Of a stretch of DNA of 64,000 nucleotides, positions 55,101-64,000 are shown one piece after another. Under the pieces are notes generated by a model. It saw only the letters and a list, made by a program, of their open reading frames with translations. It was not told the origin of the DNA and searched no databases. The stretch's first letter is position 1; each line of letters opens with the position of its first letter. The stretch is from Ophelia neglecta (lineage: Eukaryota), in NCBI GenBank assembly GCA_965285935.1, contig OZ260663.1, positions 49,662,001 to 49,726,000 of the forward strand. The letters are read 5' to 3'. Position numbers and translations under genes: made by a program.

Positions 55101-56963
55101 TATTCTATTTGACTGTTTACATTTTACCTTTACGTAAATTTATAATGTTGTGTGTTTATACTGTAAATTTACTTTTGGAATAAAATGAATTGAAGTAAAT
55201 AGGTTTATTCATCCTTGGAATTAAGGTCTGAACTGAATATGGTAAAAAGAATACCCGTATATGCTTGGGACACCACGTATCAGCTAAAGGGTCAACCAAA
55301 CCTATATATCCAAGGACTGGAAAAATTAGCATTGATCATGACCACAGAGGGCTATATAGAAGAGATTATCGTTGACAATCAACCAGACAAAGGACCCCCT
55401 GCAATATAAGAGGGATCATCCTAATGATCCTTCTTTGTCTTAGGCAGCATACGAAACAGTGATGAAATGTTTAGATTAACCCGCCAGTCTTTTACATGCG
55501 CCCGCTGTCCCTCTTCCATCGCAAAATCAATAAACTAACTTTGGGTTGGCTAAATTTGCATCTCAAATGTGCCAGACAGTCGTATCCTGCTGGAACAGAT
55601 TCCGAAATCATCGTCTCTCGAGCGCAATTAGGAGTCTGGGCAAAACAACTCGAAGCGACGTTGTTCTTAAGCACGGAGAAGTTAGTTCATGTCAAGGGCC
55701 ATGTTTACCAAACTTGGTGTCACGGGAATTGATCAGCTAGAGAACCCAATGTATCGAGCCTAAAACCGAGGCAGAAACAACCTTGATCTAGGCTATAGGG
55801 CATATATTAAATTATCGCAATCAACAAAAAAACGAACCCAAAATATCGCCCCAACGGATCAGATATGCCTAAACTTAGCAAATTTCATATTCATGGATGT
55901 TGATAAAGTAGCCGCGCCTGCTTTCCCTAAAGGCTCCACGAATTTATAATAAATTATATTTGCTATCACAGGTCTAAATTGTATTGTTCATTATATTGAA
56001 ATGACTTTAAAAAATTCCAGACTTGCAAAAACAATGCAACAAGCAGCTCGTGACATAATAAAAGGAAAAGAAAATGACATACATACTAGGCCAGTAGTTA
56101 TAAGTGGACATCCTAGATTTAATTAGTCTAAACATTAATTTTAAGAAAACAAGACCATTAATATGTCCGTACTTTCAATCCTTATATTCCAGATCGCCAC
56201 TTGTGCATGACGGATTCTCTGCTATACAAAACTTCTCCCGAGGGTGATAAGAAAGGGTCTCTAAAAAGTTGCTGATGCCCAGGACACGAGGAGCTTTGTT
56301 TTCCACATTTACCTACTTGTTAACGAAGCCGATGCTACAGGTGAGAAGCTTATATATATTTATTTATATATTATTCATCTGTGAAGAAATGTTGAACTCG
56401 GAAGACCTAACGCGCTGATGATACAGTAACAGTTCATTCAACAAAGAGTTATTCTGTTGATTGAAGTTGTGCAAACTCGCAGATATTCCTATATAAATTG
56501 TTTCATGGGGCCGGCCACGCTTTTATTTTGGCAGTACATTGCACCAAGATGAATAGAAGGCCGGGTGCTCGGACGCACAGTCTTCTGTATATACACATTG
56601 TACTAGGCACTCTTTTAACTGAAAGCCAAGGCAAAGGCGTTCATTCGATCAGCATCTGCTTCAAACTCCTAACGTATTGAATGTTGCGAATGTCCGTGTC
56701 CATGCAGTCACTGTAAAGCGCGCCTTATTTTGGTTCATAAGAGAAATTAACGATTATATGTCTACTGTAACTGGGTTTAACGCTGACATCGACTGAATCC
56801 GTTAATATTCTCAAGCGTACTTATAAAAGCCATTTGTTTTCTCCTTGGTATTTCTATATTATAACTTTCGATGCAAATTATTAACAGTACGTCAGGGAAG
56901 TAGGGATTGACAATTTGTGGGCTTGCGGCTGACGTTTGTTGATGAATTTGGACTGGATTTTTT

Positions 56964-56994
56964 GATTATTTAGGATTATTTAGGATTATTTAGG
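56964..56994. repeat. Tandem repeat (GATTATTTAG)x3
   Basis: Three exact 10-bp units. Confidence 0.85.
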
Positions 56995-58532
56995 CTTTTG
57001 TATTTTCTGCAGAGTATACACTCTGTTTTTTCTTTACAATGATACCATAGTGCAGTTTTCTGACGGTTTCTTTATTAACCTCTATTGCAAGGCAAATGTT
57101 TGACCCCTTTGCATTTTGTTGAAGAATAATACTAAGTTAAATACAAATTTTGGAATGATTGGAATGAGCAATTTGTAAGCCAGGATGTCGATGCATCGCC
57201 CGCCTAATGACAATGCTATTCGATCTCGGAATTAAGGTCACATTACAATATAAATTGCAACATTAACTAACAAGTCTCACCGAATTCGAGGTGAAGAATC
57301 GAGAATGCATTCCTTTGCGAGCAAAAGATGGCATTCTTTTGTGTTCGGCACTTCCGTTGTCGTCTGTCCTACAAGCTCCGATTAAGTTTCTCTGGCGCCC
57401 GTTTCCATTCCAACCTGCGGGAGGTTCTCATTTATTTTCGAGGAGCTTGAAAGAACCGCACATGGTGTTTATTCCTGTGGGCCTCTCGTCCAACAAACAT
57501 AGCCTCTGTATAAGTTTAGCAGGACTCCGGTTGTTAGGATAAACACCAGGACACTAGTGCTAGGGTTTTGTTTGTTAGCTTTGAAGCCATTTTCTCTTTT
57601 GATCCACTCTGCCACAGCTGTCCGGCAAATTTCATCTCGGTGTTGTTATTTTGCTTTAGAAACCTCGGTCGTTGCTGGAAGCACAATGTTTAGATAGGCT
57701 CGTATATCCGACATTTCCTCCACTTTCTCCTCTCATTTGCACCACACTGGTCTTTTTAACCAAATTTTTCTATCTATTGCCCTGCTACAATACGATTTCC
57801 AGATGGCAGACTAAATGGCTGCTCCAACCTTTTCCTGTTAGCCAGTTAGCTACAGTTCCAGATTTCTTGTAGTATTTAACTGACTAGGTAAATCATCACA
57901 GTGTTAAGTAAAATCGGCAGAGATTGCCAAGAGCACCAAGGTATACTTCATAAAAGACTGGCAATGGGTACAACTTTTGTATATGCTTATCTCATATGCT
58001 TGTTATCAAAAGAACATTACATGTAAATGAAATCAAAGAAGTAGTGTCCATAAAGCATACTGATAATATCATGTACAGTTTAGAGTAACCAAATTTTAGC
58101 CGTGAAAAATCTTTATTTTCAGTAGACGTTTTCAATAGGAATGTATGGTTTGCTTTGCGGGTGTATTTAATCTCAAAATAATGGACACCAGTCAGCATTT
58201 TTACACTGTACTGGAATAATAAACATTTTCTTAATCTTGCACAAACAAAACTAGGTAGCGTTGACACTAATTTGGAGTTATGGGCTTGGTAGAAAAACTC
58301 TTGGACAGTTGTATATATCTGGATAATTTAATTTTGGAAATGTTTACTTGATACAGCTGATTTCCAGAGAATTAACAGCCAATTATTTGTTTTAGTGTTT
58401 CCCCTTCCAAGATAAGATCTGTTGTAGCGGCTAGTGTAATGACTTGTTGATTTTAGGGTGGATGCAAAATATTGCATGTGCAGTGGGTGGTACTATTATC
58501 AACACTAACTTCAAAGTTGGTACATTTTTTTG

Positions 58533-58538
58533 TTTATT
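58533..58538 (-). terminator. Candidate polyadenylation signal AATAAA for CBWD
   Basis: tttatt on the + strand about 275 nt downstream of the CBWD stop; an alternative lies at 58112-58117. Confidence 0.45.
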
Positions 58539-58812
58539 TTATGCTATTTAATTGCCAATATTTCACAATAGTAAAACATGTTCATAAATAAACTAGTTGT
58601 AAACATACTAGGTGAGTCATAAAGATAATATACACTTAGCAAGTATCTGATTTATGTTCACACGTTAGCCAAGATAACATCAAATGATGAATGGTACCTA
58701 CACAAGCATTTATATCTGCAATTAGCAAAGATCATAATTGTATCTTGGCTTTACACTCAATCGCTTAGCACTGGTAGAAATATGTCTAAACACAGTATTA
58801 GAGTATAAGACA

Positions 58813-58877
58813 TCATGATGTTTCCACTAAGCATTTCCTAAAGTGTTCTTTTAAAACTTCATCATCAAGATTTTTAC
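58813..58877 (-). CDS. CBWD1: CBWD terminal coding exon: GKNLDDEVLKEHFRKCLVETS*
   Basis: Acceptor ttttttctag|GT; contains the GxNLD motif; TGA stop at 58813-58815. Confidence 0.9.
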
Positions 58878-61800
58878 CTAGAAAAAAGAGTTGTTATGAA
58901 TAAAAAGAAATTTATTATTGTTGAAAAGGTTCCCAAATGACTTTAGATTTAACAACATTAGATGAGAATTCTAGGTGTTGGAAACGAGGAATGACTTTGA
59001 CTAATCCATAAATTTTCTTAACCAAATTGTTGTTAGCTTTTTCTTTAAATCTGCAAGGGATAGTGCTTAGCATGACTTGAAGTATTTCTTTTGTGTTATA
59101 TATAATTAGGTGGAAAAGTATGGTGTGGTACCTATAAATACCATCCTGTTGAGGGGTTCCTCGGAGCCCCACAATGTGGTGTACTGTTTGTCATACAGTT
59201 CATGGACAGCTTGTACCAGAGCTCTCCTCTCCTTCTCAACTATGTTTAATATACCCTGAAAACAAAGCTGATTATGATCATATTTAATAACAATATCAAT
59301 AGCACAACCACATAGCTGCTCATTAAAACAAGAAGCACACATTAAATGATTTCACTAACGTACTAAAAGGCATTTAGGTAAATTTTATTTAACTTTTTAT
59401 CCCCCAAAAACTGGCCAAGGTTTAGATAATTCTCATAAAACGTTGAGATAACAACTCAATTCCAATCATTTAGATCCTGTGTACATTGGTTTTCTATGAT
59501 AACAGATGCCACGTACTGACACAAGTTATCTGGGGTGACCACTTCATCCTATATACTTTATGGCCGCTTTCCATGTTTTGGCAACGAGGGCTAAATACCC
59601 AAATTATTGCAATATAAATGACATTCTTCTATAAATATTTATGGATCAACTGCAAAGTGGAGGTTGTAATAACTGTGTTTATCTTGAGACTCACCAGACA
59701 ATGACCACAGTTATCTTTTACTAGGGTTAATAAATTGTTTTATTGCCATCTTGTTGATATTGGAATATGCATAACAAGTAAGCCAGCCTTTTGGTCATTG
59801 AACTTTACGGCCACTTTAATCCATGTATATGATAATTTTCATCAATATGTTTGTATTGATACACATCTCATCATGATTATCTGAGGCAACCATCACCCAA
59901 CAGTACTCAGTTGTATTCAATGTCCCCAATGTGCCTGAAAAGGGGTAGATGTTATCAAATCAAAAAGTTTGATGCAGTACCCACAACGGACTAATACAGA
60001 CTTGATGATTTGAGCCTTTTGAGAATGCCAAATTTATTTTCCCAAGGGAAATGTGGAAAAAAACATGGATTAGGGTTCCTTTATAACTGCTTAATGACAG
60101 ACTCTGTTTGGATGTTGTTAGAGCCAGAGCTGTTCTAGAACATCTAATTACAAACTCACACCAGATGAGCAAAAATATATATCTCTGAGCCTGTACCAAC
60201 AAATAATTAAACAGCTGATGCCTGGACAATGTTTCTGCTATGTTGTTATGCCCAAGCTATGAAAATTAAAAGGAGTCTTCATATAAGCATTTTTTTATTG
60301 TAATGATTTCCACTTAGCAAGGCCCCCAGAAACTCCATAATCATGCTTATTTATTGTACAAGTTATGTAAAGTAGCTGCCTTCCAACACTAACATTATGG
60401 CCTTCCCACACTAACATGACTGCCTTCCCACACTAACATGACTGCCTTCCCACACTAAAATGACTGCCTTCCCACACTTACATGACTGCCTTCCTACACT
60501 AACAAGGCAGATACAGCCAATAATTCTGGTGAAGTGATCAGCTTCACCCACCATTCAGTCCAATCAGATTACTGTAAAACCCTTGTATTTTGCAGCACAT
60601 AATATTAACGGTTTTGACACTCAACTTATTCTTAAGTTTGCGTTTTAGAGATTCCTACAATAGTTTTTGTGGCTCTTAATTTCATGAACCCTTTAATTGT
60701 GCCATTTCATCCTACTCATGAGATTCCCGAAATAAGGGCTTGCAAAAAATAAGGGTTTATAGTATAATAAATGGTATGGAGTTTTTTTCACTTTGGTGCA
60801 ATAGGGTTACTGTATTCAGAATACCAGATTTATTCTTCAATGAACATGCCTCCGCTTAAAAAATAACCAGGACACCCTGCTTCTAATTATATCTTTGCTC
60901 TGCTCTGCTGATAAAAATTTCTTTTGCTGTGTTGTGTTCTTGTGTGTCTGTCAACATAATTAAAAAGGTGTGGGCCTCATTTAAAAAAAAATATTTGGTG
61001 AGGATGTAGCACCTCATCAGGACTCTATATCACTACACTGTGGGTGACCTACAATCATTTTTGTCTGTCATTTGATTTTGTAACTGTTTAAGCAAACAGG
61101 TAGTTTGCTATCAGTCCTCCACATCATAAATCAGTGGTCTATCTAGATTTATTTTCTAGCCAACCAAGCCATTTTGAAAATTTCAAACCTTTCACATCCA
61201 AGCAATTAATTGACCCTAATTCCAATAAATTTAATTAACAGGAAGCCAGCCACCAGTCTATTGTGTCAAGACAATTTGCTGGACCTTTATTTTCTGCTTG
61301 TAAAATTTAGTTCTCAATACCTCAGCTGTTTATCTCTCAGCAATGATACAAACTTCTGACACATGTAGCTGTTATAAAAACACCCCCCAAAAACTCATGG
61401 TACTATTTTCAATTTTTAACAAAGTTATAGATTCTGTTCCATGTACTTAAAAGTATTAATAATATTGCCACTGGGTCAGGCAAAGATCAATGCATCCAAC
61501 TGGATACATATTTAATCTAAGATATACATTTTATCTAAGATTGACAGTTAATCTCTTTCTTTTTAAGGAGCTAAAACTAAAGCATGGCTATTTTAAGGAG
61601 TGTGGAAAATATATGTTGGTGCACTATCTTTATATCAATTATTACACTTAGATTTATTCCTGTGCTGAATAACTCTGACAGGTATACCAGAGAGTTTTCT
61701 ATGGCTTGTTGTAAAGTTTTAATTTATTATATTCTCCAGAAATATCAGCCTAGCCGGATTATAAATCTGACACAATGAACATGATATAACCTCAATAGCC

Positions 61801-63805
61801 CGGTGCACAGTGTTTTACAAGGGCTGTGTGTATCTAAGCTTTCCCAAATGTAATCTCTTATTGTTCCTATTGATAAGACTGGGTGCTTTCAACTGCTTTA
61901 TGGCTCATTGTATGAATATTATTGTTCTTATGGGTATATCTCTGGCCCAGATGCTCAGACAGAGGGGGACCAGCATGCTGGTGCTTGGAACATACTGCAG
62001 TGGGCTTCAGACCACAGTGTATTGTTCTTCTAAATATGGGGTCTTCCTTGTGGAGCAATAAGGCTGCAATGTCATGAATTTAAGAGGCAAACTGCTCCCC
62101 TTTCGCAAGTTTTCGGATGTTTGTTTCCACTGTAACCACCACATGTTAAGGGCTTGGTTAAATACTTGCAAAAAAAACATTTGTTTTGCCAAATTTTTAA
62201 AACATTTTTTTCAAGTACTATATATTAGGTTCTCTGTTCTTTCCTCTACCCCTTGTAAAATGAAATTTCCAATATTTCTGTACTTATTATCTATTCATTT
62301 TACTTTGGAACAAAAACACACATCAATTATGGGAATGATTAAATTATGCAAAGTTGGCAATGCTCAAGATAACTGAGAGCTGATCACATTGGAAATGCTA
62401 TATGCTTACTTTTAATCTGAAGATATCTATACTCTCCCCACTGGGATGCTTGATGCTCTTTTCCCAGAGTAAGTGCTGTAAAAAGGAATCTACAGCCACT
62501 TCACTAACTTCCCCAGGAAACTCAAAAGACACTGTAGTCACACTCTGAGGGAGAGAAAAACACATTGGCAAACAATGAATACAAATAATCCTCAAATTCA
62601 AGAAATAGTTAAATTTAAAGAAACAACTTAAGGTGAAAATATTACCTGATCTAAGTGTGGGCTAGCTGTGCTGCTCACATTCCTTGTGGGAGACCCAAAC
62701 CTTGAGTGAAAAACAAATTGTACTGGTAACACATTTGCATCAGAACTTGAGAGAATATATTGTACCAGGGCCACAATTTCATTCAGAACTTGAAAGAAAA
62801 TAAATTTATTCAGACCAAATTTTGTCAAAATTAATTTGGATACAATCAGCGGACACAAATAAATATATCAATTAAGATAGACACTCTGGGGTGGCTTACT
62901 TTTGTAGTTCAAGTTAAGTTTGCTTGGGAACCTGGCCAAGGGATAGACTTATCTTGTGAACACTGAAAAAGCTCATGGTTTGCTCATCAAGTGACATTTG
63001 TCCTGAGGCATGTCAAGCTTCACAACATTTGTCTAGGATGTTAACTTACAACTATGTACATTCTCCATACCAATAATACTGCTTCTTAAACCATATTCCA
63101 CACTGTACTCTTAATTGCCAAAAACATTCAATGTATACATAGTACTAGTAAAAAAAAGCGAAGGTGAATTTAGCTGAGGTTTTTATAACAAACTTAAGTA
63201 ATCTTACTTGTGTTTCCCTACATCATTGTAGGCGTTGAGATCTAGAATGTCATCCAGGTCTACCCTATTTGAAAAATGACGACAAGAAGGTAATGAAAAT
63301 AAATAGCAAACTCCAACATTTTTACCACAAGAAATTTAACTGATTGGCATAAAAAACGACAAACAAAACGAAATTCATCCAAACAGTGACAAGACATAAA
63401 GGTGCTATGTGGTAAAACCTATAAATGCCTTACTTGGATCTTGTGGTCTCTATCAGCTTGGCCATACTGTTGATTTCCCTGGAAGAAAAAAACGGTTATT
63501 GCTGTTTAGTAAATGCCTTGTTTTTCTATCTACCAGCAAGCGATTTATTTCTTCTATTAGACAATTTGTAATCATGTTTAGCTGAAGCGATCATTATTTT
63601 GAAACTATATTTACATAGGCTTTTACATCAAGGGATGGCTTGAATATTAAATGTATCAAAATATTATACCAAAAAAACAAAGAAGCTCGTATTTTTATGA
63701 TACAAAGTTGACAAAAACCTGATATTTTGCTGAAGCTGTTGTAGCTGGTCGTCACTCACCAGATCCAGTTTGTTTATTATTATCACATCAGCTAAAGCAA
63801 CTTGC
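58813..63805 (-). CDS. CBWD1: CBWD/ZNG1 COBW-domain zinc-regulated GTPase metallochaperone, 3' part (7 coding exons; 5' exons lie outside the window)
   Basis: Exons 63719-63805, 63434-63478, 63208-63264, 62646-62700, 62410-62544, 59132-59255 and 58813-58877 are all GT-AG bounded and phase-consistent. They splice to QVALADVIIINKLDLVSDDQLQQLQQNIREINSMAKLIETTRSKVDLDDILDLNAY...PHLDQSVTTVSFEFPG...FLQHLLWEK...IFRLKGILNI...VQAVHELYD...NRMVFIGKNLDDEVLKEHFRKCLVETS*, which contains the NKxD G4 motif and the CobW_C domain. Confidence 0.95.
59132..59255 (-). CDS. CBWD1: CBWD exon (124 nt): GILNIVEKERRALVQAVHELYD...NRMVFIG
   Basis: Acceptor tttcag|G and donor G|gtacc; carries the VQxVHELYD and NRxVxIG motifs. 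Confidence 0.92.
60376..60504. repeat. Minisatellite, 22-bp unit CTGCCTTCCCACACTAACATGA, about 5.9 copies
   Basis: Directly visible tandem units starting at 60376, 60398, 60420, 60442, 60464 and 60486. Confidence 0.95.
60572..60762. mobile_element. Non-autonomous DNA transposon (MITE), TA-flanked, in a CBWD intron
   Basis: Left end TA|CTGTAAAACCCTTGTATTTTGCA; the reverse complement of the right end is TA|CTATAAACCCTTATTTTTTGCA. TA lies on both sides, the element is about 190 bp and it has no ORF. Confidence 0.7.
62410..62544 (-). CDS. CBWD1: CBWD exon (135 nt): SVTTVSFEFPG...LLWEK...IFRLK
   Basis: Acceptor ctccctcag|A and donor AAA|gtaagc; start of the CobW_C domain. Confidence 0.93.
62646..62700 (-). 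CDS. CBWD1: CBWD exon (55 nt): FGSPTRNVSSTASPHLDQ
   Basis: Acceptor cactcaag|G and donor CAG|gtaat; contains the PHLDQ motif and keeps the frame. Confidence 0.85.
63208..63264 (-). CDS. CBWD1: CBWD exon (57 nt): VDLDDILDLNAYNDVGKHK
   Basis: Acceptor tcaaatag|G and donor AA|gtaaga; matches the VDLxxxLDLxA motif. Confidence 0.9.
63434..63478 (-). CDS. CBWD1: CBWD exon (45 nt): EINSMAKLIETTRSK
   Basis: Acceptor ttcttccag|G and donor AA|gtaagg; matches the CBWD SIN...ETxRS segment. Confidence 0.9.
63719..63805 (-). CDS. CBWD1: CBWD exon (87 nt): QVALADVIIINKLDLVSDDQLQQLQQNIR
   Basis: Acceptor tttctag|G and donor AG|gtttt; contains the NKxD motif. The exon is missed by the ORF track. Confidence 0.9.
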
Positions 63806-64000
63806 CTAGAAATAAAAATTGAAAATACACACAGTCATGATTAATTTCTTGACAAACTGCACTTGTTAATGTCTGTGGCAGTATGTTAAATTGCAGCCTA
63901 AGAGAGTTGCTTAGAGCGTTCTCTGGCCATGCTCCCCCCCCCCCTTCCCACTCCAGCCCCCATTCCGAGTACTTTCAGGAGTAGCCCTACATCTGCCCTA

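Noticed and set aside
54950-55200. Possible LINE 3' remnant ending in AATAAAATGAATTGAA
   Set aside because: No reverse-transcriptase remnant or target-site duplication was recognised, so it is too weak to call.
60376-60504. Regularly spaced repeat as a possible CRISPR array
   Set aside because: The units are contiguous with no unique spacers, they lie in a eukaryotic intron, and there are no cas genes.
1-64000. The many short ORFs of 60-150 aa in the ORF track
   Set aside because: They show no recognisable domains, many have non-ATG starts, and their number is consistent with chance. The exceptions are 59106-59342, 62398-62601 and 62628-62858, which overlap real CBWD exons.

Overview
This is AT-rich animal genomic DNA, most likely from a marine invertebrate (possibly a lophotrochozoan; the species cannot be determined from sequence). 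It holds three protein-coding genes, all on the minus strand. These are an intronless ANKRD63-like ankyrin-repeat gene (1213-2403), an intronless FoxD forkhead transcription factor (33806-35479), and the last seven coding exons of CBWD/ZNG1, a COBW-domain zinc metallochaperone GTPase (58813-63805, with the 5' part beyond the window). FoxD sits in a gene desert of about 31 kb plus 23 kb, dotted with GC/CpG-rich, motif-dense islands, and lies downstream of CBWD in the same orientation as vertebrate CBWD1-FOXD4, suggesting an ancient regulatory block. The most unusual signal is the palindrome TAGGCCTA: about 25 exact copies counted by eye versus under 1 expected, all within 0.5-51.3 kb and none in the CpG-depleted CBWD gene body. 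Also present are two MITE-like elements, a three-copy degenerate dispersed repeat, a 22-bp minisatellite carrying phased CSL/Su(H) sites, and a perfect hairpin. No prokaryotic, CRISPR, rRNA or tRNA features were found.
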